64,000 nucleotides of DNA from positions 9,486,001-9,550,000 of the forward strand of contig OU015566.1 of NCBI GenBank assembly GCA_907165135.1. Direction: 5' to 3'. The stretch is from Oikopleura dioica. Its lineage: Eukaryota; Animalia; Chordata. Position numbers and translations under genes: made by a program. Every line of letters starts with the position of its first letter. Position 1 is the stretch's first letter. Shown in pieces: positions 34,620 to 48,844 of this stretch. The notes beneath the pieces are model-generated. The model was not told the DNA's origin and searched no databases. It saw only the letters and a program-made list of their open reading frames with translations.

Positions 34620-34819
34620 CACTGCCCTATTTTTACTTCCAATTTAAATTTACCCTATTCTTTCTATCCTTTCCTCTTTTCCCATCTCCCTCTCTCTCTC
34701 TTCTTGTAATGCTACAGTAACTGACATGTTGTTTGCATCCAGCTGACAAAAAATAAACGATTGCCCTATCTTACAGTTATTGTTACTACAATATAAATTT
34801 AGAAAAAGTTAGATCAAGA

Positions 34820-36598
34820 ATGGACGCTATTGAAAAGCGTGCCAACGGAGTCGCGCTGAGCGGGCTCGACGAGCAGCGGCTCCGAAACCACCAGCTCAGA
34901 ATGATGCGCCGAGCGTGGCTCAAAGATATGAAGGTAAACTATGAAGGATTGATCAGAGCCTGTAGTATCATATACGTGCTTGTATGAAGCACGTGACTCT
35001 GAGAGACATCTCGCGTGGATGTAGATATCGATCGACTGTGAGAATCGTTACTCTCTTTTCTGAGTATGACGTTTAGCCGTCTCCACGAGAGCCACTCTGG
35101 CCGCAGCACAACCTCTACTGGGGCTCCTCAAACTTCCTCCGCGCGAACTTGAACTTCACCAACTACTGGAAGCTCCTCTCCGACAAGCTCTTTCTCGCCA
35201 AGGGCGTCCGACCCTTCTATCCCCAGGCCTTCTTTGACGAACTCTTCTACGGCCGGTAGATGGCGTTTTCCATTATTGTATCACGTACTCACAAACTCGT
35301 ACTATAGGCTCGCGAACGTGCCCCGTATGGCGCTTTGGGGATCTTTCCGAATGCTCAGATATGCCGTCCCTGTGTTTATCCTTTTCTTCGGCGTTTCAGG
35401 TACATTCAGTGATAAGAAACAAGTAACATTACTAGTGAAAAAATCAACCGGAAGTGGCAATGATTTAAAATTTTGAAGCCAGAAGCCCATTTAAATTTCT
35501 ATTGTCTTTTTGGAGCCTTTTTTGGAGGATGAGGTCGTTAATTATAAGGTTATCGAAGACACGTTTGTGACTTTTGAATTCAAAGAGCTACATCTGAAGT
35601 CCGTTTTAGCCCTTTTCGAGGAACTCGCTCTCGCCAAATTCCCTACCTGCTACGGTCTCTTGCCAACGGCTAACCGGCCACAGCATTACGCGTCATTCTT
35701 GGGAGTCTACCCATCCGACAAGACCTTCACTACCCGACTTCGAAACGTCGAATGGAACCACGACTGGATTAACATCATGGTACGCCTCCATCACAAAATT
35801 AATTAAATAGTTCGATGGGTATTATGCAAATACTCATAGTCTCATATGAACCTGCGATACGTGTAAGTGACTGATTACGTGACTGTTTTTAGCAATTTAC
35901 CCCTCGAATGAATCCGGATGCCGAGACCTACCCCGGGGCACCAGAATGAATTGGGTGACTTATCAGGTTCGTACTATCGAGAAACAGTTATGACTTGTCT
36001 TTCAATCATTACCAATTAACCCTTATCAATAAACCTCTGTCCCAAATAGAGAATAAGCTAAGAAAATAAATCCAAAGAAGAATGCTAAGAACATCAGACC
36101 CTTGAGAAACAAAGCCTGACAGCAGCTATAAGCAACTTAGTCAGGCGGGAAAAATGTGAGTGAATGCATTCCATTCGAGGCATTTATCTCAAATAGATAA
36201 TATATAATGAAGTCTAAATATCTATTTAGCATGTTATCAAGATAAATAGATTCTACAATTACTCGCTATTACGTCTCTGTCGATCAAGAATTGAAAGCAA
36301 TTAATTACAGATATCATCAATACACCTTTGATGTTATCTTTGAACTCTTGTCTTTCTATCTCTATTAGCTTTATTTATAAAGAGAACTCTAGGTCTAAAT
36401 TCTCTCATTCAGCCAATCTACCCCGAAGATAACTACTTATTAAACGAAAACTACGGTAACGGACCCGGTGGTCTCGGAAACGCCACCGAAACTTACCGAC
36501 TTGTCCATGCTACAAAGCCAACTGGTCTCTACTCCAAGGTCGAGCCTGGAGAAGTTCACTATCCAATGTCCACCGCTTTCAACCGCCTCTTCAGGTAA
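34820..36598 (+). CDS. NDUFB6: NADH dehydrogenase 1 beta subcomplex subunit 6-like, elongated; 3' exon structure uncertain
   Basis: DEQRLRNHQLRMMRRAWLKDM-PSPREP matches the NDUFB6 N-terminal 'RRRWLKDQELSPREP'; one TM segment (YAVPVFILFFGVS); stop at 35949 or a further exon 36413-36598 (PIYPED...). Confidence 0.65.
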
Positions 36599-37238
36599 AA
36601 AAGGGTCACCAGCCGGTTGCCCCGATTTATTGCCCCCATAACAAAGATGAAGGAAAGTGAGACTCTGAAATTTTTCACCAAAAAAAATTTCACGCTTGGA
36701 AGCTCGCGCTCAACGTTGATTCGCCGATGGTATTGAAATTATCGATTTCTTTAGTTGAACCTATCCCCTTGTGTTTTTTTTTTGTCGAAAGAGATATGCG
36801 ATTACAACGCTAATTCTAGAGCGCTGGTGAACAGACAACAGGCCGATGATTACAACTGGGAGACGGACTCTCGCCAGTGGTCCCTTTGGCATGGCGATGT
36901 GAAAACAGCTCAGGAATAAAACGCTGGAAAATATATAATTTAATATCTGTTCAAATACGAGAAACATCATTCTAGTTTCAATTTCAAAAAACCCTACTCT
37001 GTTCCTACAACCCTTATTTATTGAATGAATCTGCGCCTACATGAAACTCAAGCAGAAAAGTTTGAGAATTTAAACTAGATGCTGAACTAACCGGATCTTC
37101 TTTTTAGGGACCCACCTTACGCAGGGGCCCTCGGACAAATTCAAAATTTCTATATCTGTAGAGTCTCTATAGATGAACACATCCGTAAGTCCCAAAATCG
37201 TTAAATATTTGCTATTTAACCTATTTAGAGACCAAATA

Positions 37239-40200
37239 GCCAGGGTTTGCCAGCACAGCAAGGTCATGTGAATCCCGCAGCCCAACACGGAATGCCCCAG
37301 GGCGGCCGGCAGGAGGTGAGCCACGTCCACCATCCGCACGCGCCCTCGGGCCCCATCCAGTTCCAGCCCACGGTACGTTCCCCTTTAGCCTTTTCAATCT
37401 CTTCAACCTCTCCAAAGGACAGCCAAAGACCCAAGCAATCCATGAAGTCCGGACTTAGCCCGGTAGCCACCCCATTCACGTCAAACCAAGAGGTTTGACC
37501 GTTTTTCCAACAGAAATATAAACCTAATCAAGAAAACACACCACACGGAAAACTCAAAAATTAACAGTGTTAATTCAATTGATTGATATTTGAACCGGTA
37601 TTCCGGAGGATTCCTTGTTGATTTCAAAACTCATCCAATCGTCCTTCGATGATAGCTTGTCCTAAATTTTGTTCTAGGGGATGTCCCAGGGCCAACGAAT
37701 GCCTAACTTGTCCCATGTTGATCCACAACGCGCCCAGCAGCTCTATCAACACAACATTATGCAACAGCAGCAACAAAAGCTGCAGCAACACACACAGCAT
37801 CAGCAACAGGTTAGTGTAGCCCTTGCTTTTCAGTAGCGTTGCATAGATAAAGAAGGTCTAGTAGTAGTGATGATTACTTGTATTTTTTCTCGAAGGAATC
37901 GGAGAGTAGCGATAATCAGCCGTCGGAGAGCGGTTACTTCGTTACCTCATCGTACCCGTACTCGGCTCAGGCGGGCATTCCAATCAATATCCGACACTCT
38001 CAAAATTACCTCGTCCGGGTAAACGCATAAAAACATACATGTCAACTCAAAATTATTATTTGATCATGAATGTATTGTAAATCTTTTCGCGTCTCACTAA
38101 ACCGCTCGTTCCCTTAATTGTCCGTCCATTCTCACCCTCAAAAATGATAACGTAGTTAGTCTAGTTGTTTGTTGATGTTTCATCGTTGCATGAAGTCCTT
38201 CTCTAGCTCCAAGAGCAAGATCATCAATCTTTTTTCAGCCACAAGGGATGGTCCACAGAATGCCGAATCCAAGACAACCATTTCAACCCCCGAATCAGTT
38301 TTACGTAAGTGCACTAGCTTCGTTTCACATTGATCAAGCATCTTTTAAGCCTCCCGTCAGTCAAGTCAGCGGTATCCGACCAATTCATCCGGGACAAGCT
38401 CGAGTGAGCGCTGCACCAAACGCATACGTGGGGTCATCTACTCCGACCTTCCAGCCGCGCTACCAACAGCCCGGGCATCCAGGACAGCCTGGCTACCCAG
38501 CGAACATGGCTCAGTTTGCGCAACAGGGCAACTTCTCCCAGTATGCGGGCATACAGCACTATCAACAGAGCCAGGCGCAACAGTTCCAACCGGGCGCGCA
38601 TCAGTTTCAGCCTGGCAGCCACGTTCCCAATCCCAACGCGCCCCAATACATGCCCCAACAGTTCGACCCGAATAACTTGTCAAACATGCAAGGCCACCAA
38701 CAACAGGTAGCCGTAGATTTTAGCTAATCCTGTGACCTCCCATATTCTAGCAGCAGCAATATCCAAGCAAAAACCTTCAAAAGCTATTCTTATTAAAGAT
38801 CCAAGTACGGGAAAAGCTGTCAATATGAATGATGAAAAGGTAAGTCTACAGTTACTTCAGCTTCCAACCCCGTTTTAGCCGAAAACAGAAACGAGTAGTC
38901 AGCCCAAAAGTCGAAACGCAGCGTCGGAAAGTTCTACCGGTAGTCGGAGTCGACAACAGTCAGAAAGTCAAAAGACGGAGAGTCAAGCTCCTGCCCAGAT
39001 TAAAGTTGAAAAACCGCAAGATACCACTACAGCCAGCCAAGTCAAGATACAGGCGCCAACTCCCGCTGCTGGGGCTAGAAATCCAAGCATTTCAGAGTCG
39101 GCCAATGAGGTGAGCATCTTTTGGAAACATAAAGCTGTATGCATGCAGGAATATGCAGGCTTGCTTAGATGTTTATTGCATTTGTTTCACTGTATCTGCG
39201 CATATGAAATTTATGAGGCTTTGTCGGGCTTTTCCAGAGTATTTTTTAAATATTAATTTATCAGATCAACGCTTATGAATTGAAAAAACAAAGGGATGTT
39301 GTTGATGTTATGCATTTTGAATGGGACCTTGTCCAGGGGCGTATCTGCGTGGCGTTTTCTGGACGCTTGGGCGGCCAGTGACGTAACTACTCGTATCCCC
39401 TTAATGCGTCACTCGGCCAATTACTCATTCTAATTCTCGACCATCATTTTACACACTGATAAAAAGAAAGAACATGGGCTGCTGAACAATTGCCCGTATA
39501 AATACTTTTTCAGGGAGAGGTGGATTCTTTACTAATTAGAGAGAAATTTTATTCCAAAAACGAAATCCTTCAGATTTTTCGGAGCGAAAATTTCGCGCTT
39601 TTCCTCGTTTCGAAAATTGAGAAAAACAACCAAAAGTGTCAAATTAACAAAATACCGATACAAAGCCGAAAATAAAAGGCGATTTCTGTTGAATGCTTTT
39701 TGATGAGTCATCGTAAATTTTATGTAGGCACGCGATGACCTCGTGAACCCTCAAAGTTCACGAAAAAAAGAACAGGTGGCGAGAAGTTAAAAAATAAGCA
39801 AAAATAAAATATAAAAAGCAATTGAATCCTCAAAAAGTCAACAAATTACTCGATGCCAAGTAAAACTAAAGCAAAAAAGAACAATAAGAAGAGCGTAAAA
39901 AAGCATGCAAAAGCTCCTGAGATTTGGGTCCTAACTTTTCCCAATTCTACGATAGCGGTCTCTAGAATCTACAAAATTCCGTTTTTGACTCCGTAATTTT
40001 GATCATGAAAAATGATTGTCTGCAAGAGAGACTGTAATGTGGCGGTACTACCGTCCGGTGCCCCTGTGGTACAGTCCTAGGCCAAAGAGAAAGTGCTGGC
40101 GAAGGCTTGATTTTGATAATCTCGTAAGTATTTCAGGAGCGGGAAAGTTAGGATCCGAGTGACAGCGAAACGCTTCGGCGAAGCTCCCAAGCAAGTCACA

Positions 40201-43200
40201 GTCAGAGATTGTGGAAATCGTAGAAGAGGTGAACGGAAACCACGAGATTGCACCGCCAGAGACCATCTCTGATGAAAGTTTTGAAGTGAGGGCCTTATTC
40301 TTTCATTTTATTGTGATTATAACTAATAGCTGGGATGACGGTTTTCATTGAAGGGCTTCCTTAAAACACCTGAAAGGAACTGTTTTCGGATGATCTAAAA
40401 TTTTAACCCTCTGTTGAAACTTTTAAGTTCTTGAAGTAGAGAGAAAGAAAGCTTATATTTATGATATTTTTAGTGAACCATGTTGAATTTAGCCTCTGGC
40501 AACATTTGCAGGTTTTCTTGCGTAAACTCACCCTTTGTACTTTGTTCTGCCAAAATATCAAAACAAATCGTCCCCTCTTTCTCTTCAAGAACTGACATCT
40601 ATCTATTATTTTGGCAATATCGCGAAAATCGTGCATTTCTTGAACCCCGCTAGAGCAGGCAAAACACGCGTAATCGGTGCTTCAAATAATCGCCTCACTT
40701 TTTGCAGTCACGCACATAAATATAAAGCTCAAGGCCCGGGAACTTTTATTTTTCAAGTGAAAAGATGATGATAGAAAATCGCCGCTAGGGGCAACAAAAG
40801 CGAAAAGTTCGGATAGAGTTGAAAATAGTTCGAAAATTGCGCCACTTCTCGGCGGGGCATAATATCATTGGGTCAATATTTGAGGAAACTTTAAACTAGA
40901 GACCATTTTTTGAACAGAGAAATTTTGAATCGTTTTTTAATGAGTGAATATTTTTGACTCTAACCAGCAACTGGCGCGGCCTATATTTGCATGGAATTTG
41001 TACCGTATAAGCACCGAGTACAGTCTATTTTAATGCTCGTTTTCTAGGAGACGCCACTGAAGCCTGTTGACGATCCTACAGTTGACGATGGATCCTGGGC
41101 GACTGTCAAGGACAACAAGAAGGACAAACGAAAGAACGTAAACCGAAAGGACTCTGAATCCAGAGCAGCCACTCACAATCAAGAATCAAGAGACAGTAAG
41201 AATAATGCCCCACACGGAAACAAGCAGGGCAACAAAAACGCTAAATCCGACGTTGGCTCCAAGCGCCGACCGAGCAAAGAGGAAACAAAGAATGTCAACA
41301 GTGATCCCGTCAAGGTAATTAATCTTGGTTTGATACGAGCGACGCCCGCGCGCTTATTTTTTTTACTATCGCTAGATTAAATAAAAGCGGAACAAAAGCA
41401 TTAACGAGATATGCTTGGAATTTAACATTTTTATGGCTAGTTAGCGATCTGTTACAGTAAAATAATCATCATTTCCTAGGTTGAGCCTGTTGCTGTGAAG
41501 GAAGCCGAGAAACCCAAGGAAGAACCAGTAGCTGAGGCTACTCCTGAACCAGTGGCCACAGAGCCTGCAACTACCCCCGTTGAAACAGCTGCTGAGGAAC
41601 CCACTGAAGAAACCACCAACCCCGAACCAACTGTAAATGCTCCCACCCCAACCGAAGCCACCCCCGAACCTACCGAAGAGAAGCCAGCAGAAAAAACTGT
41701 CGAGGAGACCCCAGCCACCCCCGCCGAGAATGGTGCACAGTCAGAAAAGGTCGCAGAGACAGCTGCTGCTGAAAACGCAGCGAAGGCTGCTGCCCCAGCT
41801 GCCGTTGTCGAATTCGGCACGCTTGCCGCCGAGAATAGAACTAAATTGGAAAATGGAGAGAAGGTCGCCTACGAGCGAGACTTCCTTCTCAAATTCCAGG
41901 GCCTCTGCTTGAACAAGCCCATCGAGCTGCCCACCTTGGACGTCATCCTTGACGGCCCTACTGATGGGCATCGTAAGCCACCTAAACACGAGTCTGTCGG
42001 TCGAGGCTCGTGGACTCCAGGCTACTTGCCAAAGGGCAACAACAGAAAGGGAAGCCGAAATCATCCAAACAAGAACACGAGCGTCATCAAGATTCCTACG
42101 AAGAAACCGCAGCTCCACGTGACTGAGAATGCTTACAAACGAGGTGTTGCAGAGAACCTCGAAGAAACCGAGAAGAAGACTGTCCAACTCGTCCGATCTG
42201 TACGACACAGCTTAATTAGTAGCAGAGTTATTCATTTCTTTTAGGCTAAATCAATCTTGAACAAGATCACCCCAGAGAAGGAGGCGAAGCTCACCAAGGA
42301 GTTCATCCAGAACATCAAACCCGACACTTACGATCGGCTTGAGAAGGTCGTCGCCGCGGTTTTCTCCAAGGCGATCGAAGAGCAGCATTTTGCCAAGATC
42401 TACGCCAAGGTGAGGCTAAAAAAATGACTCCCGTTATCAATCTAATTAATCAAGCTCTGCAAAAACTGTCACGAAAACTGGGACAAGGACGACAAGATCG
42501 CCTTCTTCAGAAAGGAAGATGGCTCCTACGAGAGCATCACTCGGCGTGAAGCGCGTGATCGCAAGATCAAACCAAAGGGTTTCCGAGAAGTCCTTTTGAG
42601 CAAGGCTCAGGAGCAGTTCAACAAGCTCAAGATCCTAAACAGCAAGGACAAGGAAAACTTTGCAGAAGGATCGCTCGAGCGGCGACGACTCGAAGTCGAG
42701 GAAAAGATCAACGCCCTCCCTGCTCCAGAAGACAAAGAGGTAAGCTCAAATAGTTAGCCTCAGTCGCGTTACATTTTATCAGTTCAACAAGCGCACAAAG
42801 ATGGAACTTGACGAGGAATACGAAGAACTCAATACTCGAATCAAGATCCGAGGCCTCGGAAACGTCAAGTACGATTTGAATCTGAATTCATCGTTTTTAA
42901 CTACTCTTCTAGGTTCGTCGGCGAGCTTTACATGGAAGGTCTCCTTTCCCTCAACATCATCAAGATATGTTGCCAGCAGCTCGTCTACTCCGACTCTGAG
43001 AACGAGCTCGAGTCCCTGTGCAAGCTCATCCCCACCATTGGAAAGCGCATGCAGACCGGTCCACAGGTTCCCAATCGAGCCCAGCAAGCACAATTCGCGC
43101 AAGCTGAACAGGATAAGAAGAAGGGCGCGGAGGTAACTAGCGACGATTTTTAGTTCTCCACTAACATTTTCTCTCGTAGATCTTGACGATCGTCTTTGGT

Positions 43201-45726
43201 AAGATCGAAAAGATCGTTTCGGAAGGCAAAACTTTGGGCGCTACCCCGTCGAAGGTGTCTCCTCGAGTCATTTGTCTCCTCCAAGACGTCATTGATATCA
43301 GATCGGTAAGACAAAACAATGGCAGCTTGTTCTTACAATATTCTTATAGCGAAACTGGGAGATGCGAACGACCGCCATGAAGGGACCATCCAAGATTGGC
43401 GATCTTCACGATAATGACCGAAAGAAGGCCGAAGAAGACGCTAAACGTGTCGAACGAGAGTTCATGAAGGCGCAATATGAACGTTCGCAACTCAAGTAAG
43501 ACGACCTTTGAGGGAAAAGTTTAATCACACGTTTGTAGCAACGAGCGACGACAGCGAATCAATCAGGGCGATTGGGTCAAACAGTCCCACGTGACCAAGT
43601 CCAAGTTTGACGCCTCCAAACTTGCCTCGACAGCGTCGAGTTCTATGGACGCTCGATCAGCTGGCTCTGGCAACATAACCCTCGGTCCCCGACGACGAGG
43701 TGGTGGATTCAAGAACGCATCTATGGACAAGGGATCCAACGAGAACAGTGCCAATTCCAGCGGCCGAAACACCCCCATTTCTACTCCTCGCAATCCTTTC
43801 GACTTGCTCGATTCCGATGCGGAGATGCCCGAAAGGTAAACATTTGCCTTTTCGAATGTCAATTGTTTAACACATTTTAGACTCCCACCAGCAGGCGGAA
43901 AGCGATCGTCACGAGATCTCACCGCTCGCAAGGGCTCACTGGCGGCTAACAACGGTCCTCGCGGAGGCGGTCGACCTAACTTCAAGAATAGCACTCACGA
44001 CGGGCGCTACGTTAAAAAATCTCTTACTCCAGAGGAGGTAAATGCCCTTCGTCCCGAGGTAAGTCACCCAACGGTAAACAGCTCGATTCCTTCCATGTTT
44101 GGTGCTTGTTTATGAACGCGGTGGCATGTCAAAAATCTCATCTCACATACACAGAACAAACCTCTAGTTCAATAATAACTACGATGGTTTAAGGTGTCAT
44201 GTTTCATGAAAGCTTTAGCTCTAGTTGACTTCTGCTCCCTTTCAGCTCTTTTCAACCCATATTTAGATCCAAAAGAAAGCTGGCACCCTTTACTCCGATC
44301 TCGAGGAATGCCAGGGTGATCTCAAGATGATCGTCGACGTCGGCAAAGATAACGTTGATCTCTTCGAGACCGTCGATCATCAGATCATTATCTTGGACGT
44401 CCTTTTGGAGAAGGTTATTGAAAAGTCTGTTGGTGATCGAGAGGCCCTCTCGAAGCTTCTGATGGTTATTGCTGATGAAGCTAAGTTTATGGACTGGGAA
44501 GCTTGGTATGAAGGGAGCAATTGACATCTTTAGCCTTACTTGTTTTTAGCATTGTTCCCTTCGTCAAGAAGGCAGTCGAGGAAGATCGCGTCACTGATTG
44601 CCCCAAGTTCTGGCAATATCTTTCGTAAGATAAGGCCTTGTTTATCGTTTATAAAACTAATTCTAGTCAATGTATCTGCAAGATCTACACATCCCCAGCA
44701 GTTGACCCTAAGTCCATCAAGGGAATTACCGAGCCAGCGAAGGATCTCTGTGCTTGGACAAACGCCATTTGTGCTTTGATTGAGGAGATCGACTACTCTC
44801 TCAGGAACAAAGAGAAGATTCATGATCTGTACACCAACGCGGAAATTGACCTCGCCGCCATCATCGCTGAAGATGGTCTCTCACAGACCCCTGAAGAGCG
44901 GTACGTCAACTGTTTCGTTTAGGATTATTTATCAAGGCCGACGGCTCATTTTTTCGTTTAGGCTTGGCAGACGTGGCCTCGATTTCTTGCTGAAACCTCT
45001 GGTCGTCGTTCCATGGGGGAAGGTTGAAAGCCAGCTTATTGGCAGCTTGGAAGATCACACTTTCGGTGAAGCAGAGATGGAAGACTTCTCGAAGGAGTTT
45101 GATATGTTGGAGGAGATGGTTCCTGAAGGACCAGATGGACGTGGTCACCGAAACTTTATCAAGGTTCTTGTCAATGGAGTCATGACCTTTTCCGTCGACT
45201 CTGGTAAAAGCAATCCTTGTTTTTCTGTTTTAAAAAGGGTATTCGCGTAGATACGAATCAACTGATCGTTCGAAGCCATGAAGGCGATGTGCGAGACACA
45301 AACTTCTCCGATTGCGAGGTGCTCTTGCGAAAGTACATCGACAACGAGGACGATAGAATAGAAACATTGTTCGTGCTGTCGGACATTTTCAGAAAGAAGC
45401 ACGAGAACAATGCCAGTAAGTTTTAGTCCAAACTGTCAAAAGTTTAAAGATGTAAATGGTAACGACGCCTTTTAGCATTGATAAAGGAGGTTTTCTCTGA
45501 ACTGTACGAGCTTTCTATTATGGAAATCCCGACCTTCCAGAGATGGATCAAATTGAGAAGCGCAGAGAAACTTGAAAACTTTGCCGTCATCTCAGCTGCC
45601 ACCAAGTAAGCAAAACACCTTCATGTACTTGCTAACGATTCTCTTTCTAAAAGGAGTTTCTACGACGCCTTGGAAGAGGAAGTAAAGCTGAACAACGAAA
45701 AGTCAAAATCGCCTACCCAGGCGTAG
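37239..45726 (+). CDS. EIF4G: Eukaryotic translation initiation factor 4G (5' end not resolved)
   Basis: Q/P-rich N-terminal exons; eIF4E-binding YERDFLL; MIF4G KSILNKITPE, FSKAIEEQHFAKIYAKL, GNVKFVGELY, LESLCKLIPTIGK; MA3 and W2-like C-terminal exons; stop TAG 45724-45726. Confidence 0.93.
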
Positions 45727-48700
45727 GATTGCCGCGCCAGTCCAACTGGCCATGGCTCCTCTAGGTTATTTCAAGTTAACTCCTATAATAATATTATATT
45801 CGCTTGTCTCTCGAGATCTTCCAAAATCTCTTCTTTATCTCCATCGCCCGATCTCCACATCTCCAACAATCTAATTCTCTAGCACTCTTACGAATTCGAT
45901 CGCGGCACATTACGATGTGTCAAATTTATTCTTGTTTGTATCATTATTTGAAATTATTATCATTGGCTTCTGTGGGACCTTAAAAATGGCCCACGCTCAA
46001 ATTTTGTGGGAAAAATTGTCAACACACACTTTACTATTATCACCCCTTTTTTACCAATTATCCAACAATAATAGATGAATTTTGAAAGATTTCGAAGGGT
46101 ACTCTATTTATATTTTTCACCTCAAGGATCGCTATCCTCGAGGCATAGACCTAACGCTACCTTTCTGGGAGGCTCCCAGCGCCCATATGGATAATGAATA
46201 GGCGCACTAATAGTTACAATTTTGTCTTCAATGAATATTCGCGCTTTTTCGACCATATGAGAGTGCCCGGCTCCGAATCCCTAGGCGATAGGACGAGTAA
46301 TGTAGGTTGTGAGAAATGTTATATCATCGTCAAAATGATCCCTCTCCAAGAAACTATTTTAATAGGTTAAAATTTCATCCGATAATCCAACATTTACTAT
46401 TAACGCCTCTCCAACGATTTTGATTTATATCTAAATTTCTTAAAAATTTTATCTTTCTGAAAGACAATTTCTAAGAAATTCATGTATATTTTAGATTCGT
46501 TTTAGATGCTCATCCACCATATTTTTCTAACTGCTAAACTATTATTATAATCGCTGGTCTTGCTTTGGGGCCCTTTAAATTTATTTAATGTACATTGTTA
46601 AAAATATTTATTCTAGCAGAGTTTTCTTTCTACCAAATTCAAACTATTCTAGGTACACCAACCAACTTTAGGCCCCCTTTCAAGGCCTGCTGAATCCTAT
46701 CATACTCCATTTCATCCCCTATCCTTATTTTCTAAGCTTACCCATCTTAATTTCGCGTCCCAAAGACAAAACGAAGCAAACTCCCCCAAGCTAGTAATAT
46801 CCCTCAAATTTCATCACCTGTGGGTTCGGTCACTACCCGTCGAAAAAGCTCATTGATTTTATTATTTTATTATGCCCGGTATTTGCAAGTTGCCATAGTG
46901 AAAAGAATCAGGAATCAGAACAAATAACTTCAATATCTTTATTCACTAAATACACAAGTTCAACTAGTCTTTAATTAACTAAGATAGTGAAGTTATTAAT
47001 AACAAAAATGAAAACGAAATTCTCAACTACTGTATCTTACTAAACGTAACCCGAACGAGGACCGGTGCATATTTGGAAACTGTGCATATTTACAAACCAC
47101 CACGGAAATCTACCATTTTCTATCATATTTCTCCTTACCAACAAAAAATTTGAAAAATGAATGTGCGTTTATGAGTTTTCTGCTGTCGACGAAACCAACC
47201 CTTCGCTCGTGTAAATATAAACAATTTAAACCCTGAAGATTGTTTTTCCTTTTGTTATTTTTAGCAGGTTTTTGCATTCTTCCATGATCGCAGTAATACA
47301 AAATATGCATGCAGTGTACACACTTGAGCCTATACATAAATTAAGGACAATTTGAACTTGTTCGTTTTTGTCCAACACTTTCTTCTATTTAAACTTTGTG
47401 GAGTTGAGGTCCAAGAGTCAAAAGACAGAGGCGTTTAATATGAATAAGGTGGTATCATATTCGTTCTGGATGCAAAAGATTGGCAAGAGATGGAGAGCGG
47501 TTTCGTAGAACAAGGAAAAGAGAGGTGCTTTTGACTTAAATTGACTTTATTTCAATTGAATCCCACTGATCAGTCTAATCGTTTTTGATCCTTGTCGGGA
47601 AGCAGACCCTTTGGCCGATTGATTTATCCATCAATTCGGGCGACTGAGAGGCGAGGGCATGACTAATGTTCATTGATCAGTAAATTATATATAAATTAAC
47701 TTCCCAAAACACATCCAGTCTTTTGAAAACTTCCTTAGAGACTCCATTTAAATTCGTTCTTGAAAGAAAACTGGCTTCAATCATTTTTCGTCGCTTCCGT
47801 CATTTGACTTTATACCGGCGTGCAAATGAGCTACAGTTTTTTCACTAAATGGTCTATTTAATTTGCGGTATGTAAATTCTCCTACAGGCAGTGAAGCCAA
47901 CGCAAACACTTTTCTGCCCAATTTTGTACTCGAATCCAGGAGGCGTCATCTGTTAGAGATCATTTTTAATAAAAGAGAAGAGAAAAAAATGCTCTTGAGA
48001 CATTTTTACATTAATCCGTCAAAAATTTGAGAAGGGAAAGAATGAATGCACTTCTGAATAGATTTATCTTTCTACGCATGTTGGCCTATTTATTTTTATT
48101 TTCTCAGACTACGAATTGTCTCGACGACGGATTGATTCTCTCGATAGAGAAATAACTCCCAATTTAATTGAGAAAGAGTTAGGAAAAATATTTAAAAATT
48201 ATTTTTTATAATCTCAAGGGATTATAATCGTCAAGATTTTCGTGGAAATGAGAATTATAAATCTCTCGATAAGAAGACAAAACATCGATTTGTTCACCGC
48301 GTTATTTTTAATACAGCGAGATTATTTTCTGTACTAATCAGACCGCGCCATAAACTCATTTGAGAGTGATTAGTCCAGTGAAAGTAGCTCCAAAGAAAGC
48401 TCTGGCGCGGATGGTCACACGCCAGAGCCCCCTACTCAAAAGCACCACGCATTGCTGAATTTCACTTTTCAAGAAAGCCGTATTGAAAAAATAGAGGATA
48501 AGAAACAGAAAATATGAATGCATGTGCATTCTGTAGAAGTGAACTCCAAGTTTCTTATTCTATTCTCGCATTTTTAATTAGAAACATCCCTCAGTTTTGC
48601 ATCGCCCGAATAGTCCGCTACTCATTTGATTTTTCCGATGTGTTATTAATATTTAACAACCAGACTTTTATGGCCCCTCGTCACTATTTTTCTGGCCGCA

Positions 48701-48844
48701 TTTCTTACGTTAAAGCTGCGATATGAAATAGCTTTTATTTCAAAAATATTCGAATTTTTCATTTTGAAGATTGGTTGAATCCGGGCCAGATGAGAAGAAA
48801 CTCGGAAGAAATAAGAGAATTATGAAAATACGAAAACAACCGAA

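Noticed and set aside
33829-34647. Similar ORFs on both strands (QRTRAPLI..SSRAPHFGSP)
   Set aside because: Translations of the two TIRs of the MITE, not genes.
40765-40860. Box C-like ATGATGA in an eIF4G intron
   Set aside because: No downstream CTGA box D or terminal stem at a suitable distance.
47110-47337. 75-aa minus-strand ORF with C-x2-C and basic stretch
   Set aside because: No recognisable domain or splice context; possibly a decayed transposon fragment but unsupported.
47644-47660. Hammerhead-like core (ctgagag)
   Set aside because: Does not match CUGANGA and lacks a properly placed GAAA and stems.
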